A model generated the notes under the pieces. It was given only the letters and a program-made list of their open reading frames with translations. It had not been told where the DNA came from and did not search any database. A stretch of 25,844 nt of DNA from a virus. Taxonomy: Duplodnaviria > Caudoviricetes. The position numbers and the translations under genes were made by a program. This document shows, in pieces, positions 1 to 8,462 of the stretch (the first letter of the stretch is position 1; every line of letters starts with the position of its first letter). The stretch spans positions 1 through 25,844 of the IMG/VR virus record IMGVR_UViG_3300027863_000160; one strand, written 5' to 3'.

Positions 1-1473
1 GAGTTTATAAGATTTCCTAAAAACATCTACATTTTACCTGTTGCTACGAATGATACTTCTGTGCTGGGTATGAATGTATTTAGTGGAATAATGGACGAAA
101 CAAACTTCATGGGGTCGGTGACAAGCATGACTTCAAAGAATTATCCAAATGTAATGTATGAACGCTGGAAATCTGTTGACAAAGCCGAACTTTTATATAA
201 TCTTCTGTTGAGAAGGATTAAGTCAAGGTTTATGAGAAGCGGAAAAATCGGCGGGAAGTTAATATGTGTTTCTTCTCGTAATTATTCCGTTGAATTCACA
301 GAAAAGAAAATTGAAGAGGCAAAGACGAATCCTAAAATTTTTGTGCGGGACTATGCTATCTGGGATGTAAAAAGGCATAAATACTCTCCTCAAACTTTTT
401 TTATTGTTTACACTTCAACTGGTGGGCTTGAAATCTGTAAAACAAATGAAGAGAAAGAAAAGGCGATTGCGAAGTTTAAATCTCTTGCTTATGACCCTAT
501 ATGTATAGAAGTTCCAATGGACTTTTATAATGATTTCGTAAAAAATCCTTATGATAGTATGGTTGAGTTTGCGGGTGTGAGAATTGAAGGAATTGGAAAA
601 TTCTTTAAAGACACAGAGAAAATTATTACTTGTATAGACTGCCATAGGCGTCCATTCTTCAAAGTAGAAACATGGGAAATGATAAATGAAGTTTCTGATT
701 TTATCCGTGAAAATCTTAATTTTGATGAAATCTTTTTAGTTGAAGATGGAAAGCAAAAATTGAAAATCAATAGTCATATCCCTCGTTATATCCATATAGA
801 CCCTTCTTTAAAAAATGACGCTACTGGAATAGTGATGGGTCATATTTGCGGGTTCAAAGATACTGAAAGAATTACAAGTGATGGTAATAGATATATAGAA
901 AGATTACCAATTTTTTATATAGATATGATTTTAAGAGTGGTTGCCCCGCTGGGAGGAGAAATAATTTTTTCAAAAGTGCGAGAATTGATTTTCACTCTTT
1001 ATAATTTAGGAATACCTATCAAAAAAATTACAATGGATAGATTTCAATCCGCCGACACCTTACAGCAATTTTCTATGTTCGGATTTTATACAGAAATTGT
1101 GAGTGTAGATACTACAATCACTCCTTATGAAGTTTTGAAACAGGCAATATATGATAATAGAGTAATCTTGTATTCCTGCGAAAGTCTTGTTAGTGAATTG
1201 AAAGAATTGGTATTGATACCCACTAAAAGGAAAGTTGACCATCCCGAAGGCGGGAAAAAAGATGTCGCTGATGCTCTGGCGGGTTGTGTATATTCTCTAT
1301 TTAGAGATTTCAAAGATTCAGGCTTTATTCAAAGCGTAGAAAAATCTGCTGTTCCTTTACGACCTTCAAGATTATCCTATAATGTAATTACTCTTGATAA
1401 TGTTCTTTTTAAAGATGAAGAACTTGAAGAAGAAAGTAGAATAGGTGGCGGGATTTTGATACCATTGAAATAA
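1..1473 (+). CDS. terL: Terminase large subunit (partial; N-terminus lies upstream of the window)
   Basis: Frame is open from base 1 (EFIRFPKNIYILPVATNDTSVLGMNVFSGIMDE, a Walker B-like hhhhDE). Coupling-motif-like VSSRN follows. RNase H-like nuclease motifs YIHIDPSLKNDATG, ITMDRFQS and KVDHPEGGKKDVADALAG. Lies directly upstream of the portal. Confidence 0.9.
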   Translation, partial: EFIRFPKNIYILPVATNDTSVLGMNVFSGIMDETNFMGSVTSMTSKNYPNVMYERWKSVDKAELLYNLLLRRIKSRFMRSGKIGGKLICVSSRNYSVEFTEKKIEEAKTNPKIFVRDYAIWDVKRHKYSPQTFFIVYTSTGGLEICKTNEEKEKAIAKFKSLAYDPICIEVPMDFYNDFVKNPYDSMVEFAGVRIEGIGKFFKDTEKIITCIDCHRRPFFKVETWEMINEVSDFIRENLNFDEIFLVEDGKQKLKINSHIPRYIHIDPSLKNDATGIVMGHICGFKDTERITSDGNRYIERLPIFYIDMILRVVAPLGGEIIFSKVRELIFTLYNLGIPIKKITMDRFQSADTLQQFSMFGFYTEIVSVDTTITPYEVLKQAIYDNRVILYSCESLVSELKELVLIPTKRKVDHPEGGKKDVADALAGCVYSLFRDFKDSGFIQSVEKSAVPLRPSRLSYNVITLDNVLFKDEELEEESRIGGGILIPLK

Positions 1474-1476
1474 AAA

Positions 1477-3612
1477 ATGGCAGACGCAAGGATAAAATTA
1501 AGTGATAAAGTCAGAAATTTCTTACGAAATGTATTTAAAGGACCCGAAGTAGAAGTTAAAGAAACTTCCAGAAGCGAGGGACTTATTGAAAAAACAGGAT
1601 TTACCATCTATGGATATGACATTGATTTAATTTCAATGCTTCAAATTGATTATGATATAGAAGGACGCTTTCAAGATTATCTTGAAATGGATGAATTTCC
1701 AGAAATCAGTTCCGCACTTGATATAATTGCCGATGATGTTACCGCTCCCGATGAAGATGGAAATATCATGAGAGTAACCTCTGAAACCCCTGGAATTAAA
1801 GAAGAAGTTAATTATCTGTTTAGAAGATTGAAAATTGAAGAAGAAATCTGGGAAATAACACGGGCTTTATGTAAGTTTGGTAATGAGTTTGAAGAAATTG
1901 TATATGATGATAAAGGAGTTATAGGTTTAATTTATCTCCCGCCTATCACTATGCGAAGGATTGAGAATAAACGAGGTATCCTTATCGGGTTTGTTCAGTC
2001 ATTCACAAAAGATTTTGCTATCTTACCTGACCAAGTTGAACAGATTATTGCGACAGGCGACCCTTCTCAATATGTTCAAGGGAATAAAATCATTTTTGAG
2101 CCTTGGGAAGTTGTCCATGCGAGATATAGGACGAGGGACAGGAGAAGCATATATGGATATAGTGTTGTTGAACCCGCCCGCTGGATATGGAAAAGGTTAT
2201 TGATACTGGAAGACGCTGTTTTAATCTATCGTTTAACAAGAGCTGCGGATAGGTGGATTATTTATGTTAATGTGGGCGACCTTCCTCTCCCGCAGGCAGA
2301 AGTATATGTTAGAAAAGTTATGAGTAGTATGAAACGAAAAAAAGTGATTGACCCCACCTCTGGAAAATTAACTGAAAGATTTAACCCATTATGCGTTGCT
2401 GGTGATACAAAAGTTCCTCTCCTTGATGGTAGAGTTTTAACAATAGTAGAGTTAGTGAAGGAATACGAAGAAGGTAAGGAAAACTGGGGGTATTCTGTTG
2501 ACCCTCAAACATTAGAGATAAAAGTAGGTAAAATTGTGTGGGCTGGGAAAACTCGGTTAAATGCTCAATTAGTTGAGGTCGGGCTTGATAATGGTAAAGT
2601 ATTGAGAGTGACACCCGACCATAAATTTATGTTAAGAACAGGTGAATATGTAGAGGCACAGCATTTGAAACCTAATGATTCGTTGATGCCTGTAAGAAAG
2701 TTAATTTCTGAAAAAATTGTTGCTAATCATAAAGTTGTTTATGTAAAGTTTTTGAAGCAACGAGAGGATACTTATTGTATTACCGTGGAGCCTTGGGGCA
2801 ATTTTGGAACAGAGGCAGGAGTGATTATAAAAAATTCGCTTGATGAGGACATCTTTATTCCAGTAAGAGGCGATAAAGAAAGTGTAAGAATAGAAACATT
2901 GGGCGGGATGGGATATGTCGCTACCGAAGACCTTGAATACTTTCGTAATAAACTATTTTCTGCTTTGAAAGTTCCAAAAGCATATTTAGGATATGAAGAA
3001 GCAATATCGGGACGGGGGACACTTTCTGCTGAAGACCTGCGTTTTGCTCGCACAATCATGAGAGTTCAAAATATCATGTCAGCATTTTTGAAAAGAATTG
3101 CTGATGTTCATCTGGCAATAAAAGGAATTAACCCTATTGATGTAGAATATGATATATTTTTTAACCTTCCTTCAACAGCATTTGAAATGGCAAAAATAGA
3201 AATTGAAAATGCCCGAATTGAATTGGCGAATGCTTTTTCTGACTGGGTTTCTCGTCGTTGGATATACTCAAAAATTTTTGGCTTTTCCGACCAAGAAATA
3301 GAAACAATCTTGAAACAAAAAGCCGAAGAAGAGGGCGGAGGCACTGAAGAAGCATATTCTCCCGAAACAAATATTCCTCAACAACAATACCTGCTCGGAC
3401 ATAAAGAAATCAATCCTAAAAATAAAAGAAAAGTCAATGTAGAGAAATACCTTAATGATGGCAATCGGGATTTAGAGAAAAAACTTGAAGATAACTTTGA
3501 AAAGATGATGAAGACCAACCAGAAATTATTAACTAAACTTATGGAAACCAATGAGTTTATGAGAGAGTTAAAAAATAGTCTTCAAAAAATTCTTTTAGAG
3601 AGAAAGAGGTGA
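1477..3612 (+). CDS. Portal protein, T4 gp20-like, interrupted by an intein (711 aa precursor, about 563 aa spliced)
   Basis: Motifs match the T4 gp20 family: MDEFPEISSALDIIADD, LEDAVLIYRLTRAADRWIIYVNVGDLP, EDIFIPVRG, EDLEYFRNKLFSALKVP, EDLRFAR. Positioned after the terminase. Confidence 0.93.
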   Translation: MADARIKLSDKVRNFLRNVFKGPEVEVKETSRSEGLIEKTGFTIYGYDIDLISMLQIDYDIEGRFQDYLEMDEFPEISSALDIIADDVTAPDEDGNIMRVTSETPGIKEEVNYLFRRLKIEEEIWEITRALCKFGNEFEEIVYDDKGVIGLIYLPPITMRRIENKRGILIGFVQSFTKDFAILPDQVEQIIATGDPSQYVQGNKIIFEPWEVVHARYRTRDRRSIYGYSVVEPARWIWKRLLILEDAVLIYRLTRAADRWIIYVNVGDLPLPQAEVYVRKVMSSMKRKKVIDPTSGKLTERFNPLCVAGDTKVPLLDGRVLTIVELVKEYEEGKENWGYSVDPQTLEIKVGKIVWAGKTRLNAQLVEVGLDNGKVLRVTPDHKFMLRTGEYVEAQHLKPNDSLMPVRKLISEKIVANHKVVYVKFLKQREDTYCITVEPWGNFGTEAGVIIKNSLDEDIFIPVRGDKESVRIETLGGMGYVATEDLEYFRNKLFSALKVPKAYLGYEEAISGRGTLSAEDLRFARTIMRVQNIMSAFLKRIADVHLAIKGINPIDVEYDIFFNLPSTAFEMAKIEIENARIELANAFSDWVSRRWIYSKIFGFSDQEIETILKQKAEEEGGGTEEAYSPETNIPQQQYLLGHKEINPKNKRKVNVEKYLNDGNRDLEKKLEDNFEKMMKTNQKLLTKLMETNEFMRELKNSLQKILLERKR
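2392..2835 (+). mobile_element. Mini-intein (148 aa, no homing endonuclease) within the portal
   Basis: Block A starts at Cys1 (L|CVAGDTKVPLLDG). Block B LRVTPDHKF. Blocks F/G DTYCITVEPWGNFGTEAGVIIKN|S with terminal Asn and +1 Ser. Removal restores the gp20-like string FNPL-SLDEDIFIP. Confidence 0.93.
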
Positions 3613-3626
3613 AAGAAGTAAAAAGG

Positions 3627-3655
3627 TTGACAATAAACTTATTTTATGATATAAG
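3627..3655 (+). promoter_or_regulatory. Sigma70-type promoter for the head assembly genes
   Basis: TTGACA (3627-3632), 17-nt spacer, TATAAG (3650-3655) with an extended TG at 3647-3648, in the intergenic gap after the portal. Confidence 0.75.
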
Positions 3656-3708
3656 AAAAATCAATTACAATGAAAAATAAGAATTTAACAATAATTACAA
3701 AAAAATGA

Positions 3709-3726
3709 CTGGCACATAAGTGCCAG
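3709..3726 (+). promoter_or_regulatory. Palindrome CTGGCAC-ATAA-GTGCCAG abutting the SD (copy 1 of the GGCAC-N4-GTGCC motif)
   Basis: Perfect 7-bp inverted repeat directly followed by AAGGAGG, with ATG at 3739. The motif recurs at 17401-17414 and 23873-23888. Confidence 0.7.
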
Positions 3727-3738
3727 AAGGAGGCTAAA

Positions 3739-4011
3739 ATGATTGACATACTTCATAAGTATAAAAGACTATCCACAATGGAGGAGGATTTTAGAAAAAT
3801 AGGAATTCCTTTGCCCTTTGAAACAACCGAAGGTAGAAAAATTTTAGGGAAGACTTTGACAGAATCAATGATGAGGTCAACTCGCAGACCTATTTTTGAA
3901 AGGAAATCTTTGCGGGAATCAAATAATCCTCTAAAATCACCATTTTTTTATGAAGTTCTTTGTGAAAGTTTGAAAAAAGATTTAAAAAGAGATAAAACAA
4001 CAAAAAAGTAG
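3739..4011 (+). CDS. Hypothetical protein, candidate prohead core/internal protein
   Basis: Strong SD AAGGAGG; 90 aa; lies between portal and protease; several L-x-E motifs (LTE, LRE, LCE). Confidence 0.7.
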   Translation: MIDILHKYKRLSTMEEDFRKIGIPLPFETTEGRKILGKTLTESMMRSTRRPIFERKSLRESNNPLKSPFFYEVLCESLKKDLKRDKTTKK

Positions 4012-4022
4012 GAGGTAAAACT

Positions 4023-4700
4023 ATGAGTTATAGAAGAATCAGAGAGATTTTGGCAAGGCATAGAAGTTCAAGGTTTGACACTTTAAGAGAAGACAGAACA
4101 GAAAAGTTGATTAGAGAATTAAAAAGTGTCGCTCGGCTTTTGAATGAACAGGTTGTCCTTCCAGTTGACTATCCTGAAAGTTTTTATTCGGGATACAGAA
4201 GGTCAATGATACATGAGCGTCCTGGAGTGCTCCCTCATCATGAACCAGTTCCTTATAACTTTTTGTCAGCTTTCAAGGCGATTTCTGATACTGCAAGAGC
4301 ATTGATTGAAAAGTTAAGAGAGGCAATGGATGAACTTCCTGAAAAGGAAAAAGAAGTTGCGACTGAAATGATGAGGTCTATCAGAAAGATAGCTCATGAG
4401 GCAGAGGAAATTGCTGATGAGTTGAAAAAGAAGGAAAAAGTAAAAGAGGAAGAAGAGCCTGAAAAAGAAACTCTTGCTGAAAGGATTAGAAGGAGACTTC
4501 GTAGAAGGAGAATGGGTATGCGTGAGGAAGAAGAACCAGAGAAAAAGAAAGAGATTAAGATAAAGGAAGAGGAAGAGGAAGAGGAAAAGGAAAAGGGCGA
4601 ACTTCCTACTTCCGTTAAGACGAAGGCAAAAGTGACTGCTAAAAAGATGGCGGAAGACCTGCTTGAAGCAGCTCAATGGTTGAACAGGAGAATAAGGTAA
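4023..4700 (+). CDS. Highly charged protein, candidate prohead core protein (positional analogue of T4 gp67/gp68)
   Basis: SD AGGAGG; 225 aa; poly-Glu and poly-Arg tracts and a repeated EEEEPEK; located between portal and protease. Confidence 0.7.
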   Translation: MSYRRIREILARHRSSRFDTLREDRTEKLIRELKSVARLLNEQVVLPVDYPESFYSGYRRSMIHERPGVLPHHEPVPYNFLSAFKAISDTARALIEKLREAMDELPEKEKEVATEMMRSIRKIAHEAEEIADELKKKEKVKEEEEPEKETLAERIRRRLRRRRMGMREEEEPEKKKEIKIKEEEEEEEKEKGELPTSVKTKAKVTAKKMAEDLLEAAQWLNRRIR

Positions 4701-4711
4701 AGAGTTGAGAA

Positions 4712-4894
4712 GTGTTATGGTATATCAGACGGATAAAGGCTCGTCAGAAACCTCGCAAGCGGAAGAGTTATAGATGGAAACGGCGAGAAGAAAGTTATAC
4801 TAAAAAGATGTTAAACAGAAAGAAGGCAAGGAAAGCTATGAGGCATATACGGTCAAGACGAGGCGGTCAAGTTAAACAAACTATGACAGGTTGA
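4712..4894 (+). CDS. Small Arg/Lys-rich basic protein, possible DNA-binding prohead core protein
   Basis: 60 aa, GTG start, very basic; fills the gap immediately before the protease, where T4 has the basic gp68. Confidence 0.5.
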   Translation: MLWYIRRIKARQKPRKRKSYRWKRREESYTKKMLNRKKARKAMRHIRSRRGGQVKQTMTG

Positions 4895-6570
4895 ATATGG
4901 AAATGATGAAGCAGAAATTTTTATATGATTGTTTTCCTTTGAAACTTCAGTTATTAGAAAGTAAGGATAATGGCAGGATTGTGGGAAGGGGTATTTTTGG
5001 GGTTGTTGATACTCCCACCGAGAATGGGCGGATTTATCCTCGTAAGGTAATGGAACGGGAGATAGAGAGAGTGATGCCCGAAGTGAAGAACAGGATGTTT
5101 TTTGGTGAACTTGACCATCCTCAAGATGGGAAAACTGCTCTTTCAAGAGTTTCTCATATTGTTACAGACTTAAGACTTGAGGGCAATGAAATAGTGGGTG
5201 AATTAGAGGTATTGAATACGGAAAGAGGGTTGAATTTACAGGCGATTCTGGAAGCAGGTGGGAAAGTCGGGGTTTCTGTGCGAGGATTGGGTTCTGTAAT
5301 TAAAGAAGGGCAGCATGAGTTAGTTCAGGATGATTATCAATTGCTCGGCTTTGACATAGTTTATATGCCTTCTGTTCTTGATAGTTATCCTGAATTTATA
5401 AAAGAAAACAAAGAGGTAACAAAAAACGATAAAAAGGAGGTTTCTATGTCTGATAAAGAGGTTAAAGAAAAGGAAAAGAAGGAAATTGAAATAAAATCAG
5501 AGGAGACCGAAGATGAGAAAGAAGTGAAAGAGCCTGAAAAAAAGGAGAAAAAGAAACTTTCTCTTGAAGAACTGGAAACTGAATTTCCAGAGGTAGTTGA
5601 GGAGTTGAAAAAGAAGATTGAGAAGAAAATTAAAGAGGAAGTAGAAGCGGAACTTGAGAAGTTCAAAGAGAAGATTAAAGAGCAACTGGAAAGTGGCAAG
5701 GTTTCTTCTGACGAACTATCAAATGCTTTGAAGAAAGTGACGGAGATAATTGATAGTGAGAAGGCGGAAAAGGAGGCGGAATTGGAAAAGAAGGTAGAAG
5801 ACCTTGAAGATGAGGTTAGTAAGGTAAAAGAGGAGAATTTGAGATTAAGAACTGAAAATATAAGTCTTCAGAAGCTTGCGAAGTGGAGTGGATATACGCT
5901 ATTAGTAGAGAAACTTCTTGAAAATCATCCTGACAAGAAAGTTATAAAAGAGGAAGTTGGTGATGTTCTTAATTATCCCGATATGATGTCCCTGCGTAAG
6001 AAGGTAGAGGAGATAAAAGAAAAGAAGGAAAAAGAGAGAAGAGAGGAGGAAAAGATACAGGCAAGGATTAAAGTGCTTAAAGAGGAGAATGAGACTTTGA
6101 GAACTGAAAATGAAACTTTAAAAGGCAAAATATCTCAATTAAAACAGAGCCTTGAAGAGAGTTTACGGGTGGCAGGTAAGATGGGATTGATTGCTTATGC
6201 TGAAAATGTTTCAAGAGTGCTTGAAAAACCTCAAATTCTTGTTGAAGAAGTGAAGCGAGGTGAGTTATCGGATATTGAAAGTATCAACAGGAGAGTTGAG
6301 GAATTGAAGAAAGAGGAGATAAAGCGGAGGGAACGCGAAGAAAAGCATTTTGAACTTGATGAGGAACTTGATAGGATTCGTAGAATGGCGAGATTAAGAG
6401 AGAGACCGAGAACATTTGGTCGTGGGCTGGAATATCTCTATGAGGAAAAGAATCCAGAGGTAGAAAAAAGTGAGAAGACCAATGTTCCTCTTTCAGTTGA
6501 CCTCAAAAAAGAACTTGAAGGTATTACAGGTGCCGATTTTGATACAATTAAGAAATTGAGTGAACAATGA
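4891..6570 (+). CDS. Prohead maturation protease (T4 gp21-like) fused to a C-terminal coiled-coil scaffold
   Basis: gp21-type motifs NGRIYPRKVMERE, GELDHP, VSHIV, GVSVRGLGSV and FDIVYMPS, then about 375 aa of E/K-rich coiled coil. True start may be ATG 4897 or 4903. Confidence 0.9.
   Translation: MNMEMMKQKFLYDCFPLKLQLLESKDNGRIVGRGIFGVVDTPTENGRIYPRKVMEREIERVMPEVKNRMFFGELDHPQDGKTALSRVSHIVTDLRLEGNEIVGELEVLNTERGLNLQAILEAGGKVGVSVRGLGSVIKEGQHELVQDDYQLLGFDIVYMPSVLDSYPEFIKENKEVTKNDKKEVSMSDKEVKEKEKKEIEIKSEETEDEKEVKEPEKKEKKKLSLEELETEFPEVVEELKKKIEKKIKEEVEAELEKFKEKIKEQLESGKVSSDELSNALKKVTEIIDSEKAEKEAELEKKVEDLEDEVSKVKEENLRLRTENISLQKLAKWSGYTLLVEKLLENHPDKKVIKEEVGDVLNYPDMMSLRKKVEEIKEKKEKERREEEKIQARIKVLKEENETLRTENETLKGKISQLKQSLEESLRVAGKMGLIAYAENVSRVLEKPQILVEEVKRGELSDIESINRRVEELKKEEIKRREREEKHFELDEELDRIRRMARLRERPRTFGRGLEYLYEEKNPEVEKSEKTNVPLSVDLKKELEGITGADFDTIKKLSEQ
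5446..6570 (+). CDS. Scaffolding protein (gp22 analogue) from an internal in-frame start in the protease gene
   Basis: AAGGAGG at 5434-5440, 5 nt before in-frame ATG 5446 (MSDKEVKEKEKKE), at the protease/coiled-coil boundary; 374 aa. Confidence 0.65.
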   Translation: MSDKEVKEKEKKEIEIKSEETEDEKEVKEPEKKEKKKLSLEELETEFPEVVEELKKKIEKKIKEEVEAELEKFKEKIKEQLESGKVSSDELSNALKKVTEIIDSEKAEKEAELEKKVEDLEDEVSKVKEENLRLRTENISLQKLAKWSGYTLLVEKLLENHPDKKVIKEEVGDVLNYPDMMSLRKKVEEIKEKKEKERREEEKIQARIKVLKEENETLRTENETLKGKISQLKQSLEESLRVAGKMGLIAYAENVSRVLEKPQILVEEVKRGELSDIESINRRVEELKKEEIKRREREEKHFELDEELDRIRRMARLRERPRTFGRGLEYLYEEKNPEVEKSEKTNVPLSVDLKKELEGITGADFDTIKKLSEQ

Positions 6571-6612
6571 TGAAATTAAAATATAAAACAACAAAAATTA
6601 GGAGGTAATGCG

Positions 6613-8031
6613 ATGATAGACGAAAAGGATTTCATAAGAAGAAGATCAAAAGAAAGAACAATACTTGATGAAGGATTTTTAACGACTTTGGAGAGAAAGT
6701 GGAGACCTCTACTGGAAAGTGTTGACGACCCTCACAAGAGAAAGATATTGGCTGTTCTTTATGAAAATGAGGCTGACCATCTTAAATATCTCACAGAGGA
6801 AACACGGGCGACCAATGTGGGTGAATTTACCAAATACATCTTCCCTATCATCAGGCGAGTGTGGCCTAATCTCATTGCTCATGACCTTGTGTCAATCCAA
6901 CCTATGACCGCAGCTGTAGGTGCTATATTCTATTATGAGATAAGATACGGGACTACGAAGGGAAGAGCGACAAAAGGAGAGAATATCATAGAGAAACTTT
7001 ATCCTGAATTTTCATCTTCGCAGATTCTTGATGAATTTCTTGGAGCTGGTGATGGTTCAGAGACAACATTTTCAGGGACACTGGCATTTAAACCAGTAAC
7101 GGCAAAGAGTGTGAATGTTCTTTTAGCGGGGACCGTTGTGGCGACTGATGATGGTGCTGGACACATTGCAGGAACAGGGGTAACAGGAAGTATCAATTAT
7201 GATACAGGTGTTATTTCGGTAACATTTAGTTCTGCCCCGCCTTCTGGTGCGAGGATTTCCGTTAACTATAAATACAATATGGAACTCAATCCTCAAATTC
7301 CTGAAATCTATATTGACCTCGCATTTTCAGAAGTCCGTGCTGAACCCAGAAAACTGAAGGCAATCTGGTCACCAGAAGCTGCTGAAGATTTGAGGGCATT
7401 CCATGGCATTGATGCAGAGGCAGAACTGGTAGCTGCGATGGCTTCCGAGATTACTCTTGAAATTGACAGGTCAATCATATATGAAATTCTCACCAATGCT
7501 ACTCAAATTACCGCCACTTGGAGTGCAACAGTGCCATCTGGAATTTCTGATGTTGAGCATTACAGGTCAATTCTTACTCCTATTTCAAGAATTTCAAATG
7601 AAATTCATAGAAGGACATTAAGGGGTCCCGCAAACTGGATTGTGACTTCCCCTGATGTCCACTCAATTATATCACAACTCGCAACCTATGGTTTTTATAG
7701 ACCAGTTTTTGCTCCTGCGGGAAGCGAGACACATTCACCAGTAGAGACAATCGGAACACCTGGCTATGGAATTTACAAGGCTGGGACTCTTCAGGAAAGG
7801 TGGACTGTATATGTTGACCCATACTTCCCAAGAGACAAGGCTCTTATTGGTTTAAAAGGAAAGTCCTTCCTTGACGCTGGATATGTCTATGCTCCATATA
7901 TCCCGCTTCAGATGACTCCAACCTTCTTTGACCCCAACGACATGTCTCTCAAAAAAGGTTTGAGGACAAGATACGCCACAAAACTCATTAGAAACGAGTT
8001 TTATGGTGTATTGACTGTCACCAACCTGTAA
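6613..8031 (+). CDS. Major capsid protein, T4 gp23-like
   Basis: SD AGGAGG. Motifs KWRPLLE, IFPIIRRVWPNLIAHDLVSIQPM, RKLKAIWSPEAAEDLRAFHGIDAEAELV, EITLEIDR, RGPANWIVTSP, VYVDPY, DAGYVYAPYIPL and GLRTRYA are typical of gp23. Confidence 0.95.
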   Translation: MIDEKDFIRRRSKERTILDEGFLTTLERKWRPLLESVDDPHKRKILAVLYENEADHLKYLTEETRATNVGEFTKYIFPIIRRVWPNLIAHDLVSIQPMTAAVGAIFYYEIRYGTTKGRATKGENIIEKLYPEFSSSQILDEFLGAGDGSETTFSGTLAFKPVTAKSVNVLLAGTVVATDDGAGHIAGTGVTGSINYDTGVISVTFSSAPPSGARISVNYKYNMELNPQIPEIYIDLAFSEVRAEPRKLKAIWSPEAAEDLRAFHGIDAEAELVAAMASEITLEIDRSIIYEILTNATQITATWSATVPSGISDVEHYRSILTPISRISNEIHRRTLRGPANWIVTSPDVHSIISQLATYGFYRPVFAPAGSETHSPVETIGTPGYGIYKAGTLQERWTVYVDPYFPRDKALIGLKGKSFLDAGYVYAPYIPLQMTPTFFDPNDMSLKKGLRTRYATKLIRNEFYGVLTVTNL

Positions 8032-8057
8032 TAGGGGTGGTGATTAGAGGTTGAAAC

Positions 8058-8462
8058 ATGAGTGAACAAGAAACAAAAGTAGTTATTCCTGACGAACAAG
8101 TGAAGAGACAAGAAACAAAATCCTCTCCTTATTTTTCTGTTCTTGAAGAGTTGAATGCTTTACGGGAGGTTCTTGAAGACGAATCTGATAAAAAAGGGGA
8201 TTTTGAGGAGTCATCTTCGCCTCCCGTTTCCTCTTCTCTTACTTCTGATTCCGACGAAATAAATATCAATTCTGGCGGTCTTATAAAAGAGGTTTTTGGA
8301 CTTATAAAGGAAAGGTTGGACCCTCTTTTGATTGATAATTTCAAGGCAACATTAAGGAGTTTATTGAATCAATTATTGTATTTGTGTCGGGATGGCAATG
8401 AAAGGGATAACATACGGAAGTTAATAATTCTTTTATCAGATTTAGAGAAAGAGGTAAGGTGA
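8058..8462 (+). CDS. Hypothetical protein
   Basis: SD GAGG; 134 aa; Ser-rich linker; tightly packed after the MCP gene. Confidence 0.65.
   Translation: MSEQETKVVIPDEQVKRQETKSSPYFSVLEELNALREVLEDESDKKGDFEESSSPPVSSSLTSDSDEININSGGLIKEVFGLIKERLDPLLIDNFKATLRSLLNQLLYLCRDGNERDNIRKLIILLSDLEKEVR

Noticed and set aside
3709-3726. TGGCAC...TGC read as a sigma54 -24/-12 promoter or as a CIRCE element
   Set aside because: GG-to-GC spacing is 9 nt rather than the 10 required for sigma54. CIRCE has longer arms with a 9-nt spacer, whereas this centre is 4 nt.
4314-5699. Phe/Ser/Leu-rich minus-strand ORFs here and similar shadow ORFs elsewhere (for example 19009-19470, 20812-21210)
   Set aside because: They are antisense shadows of E/K-rich genes with low-complexity composition and no recognisable motifs.
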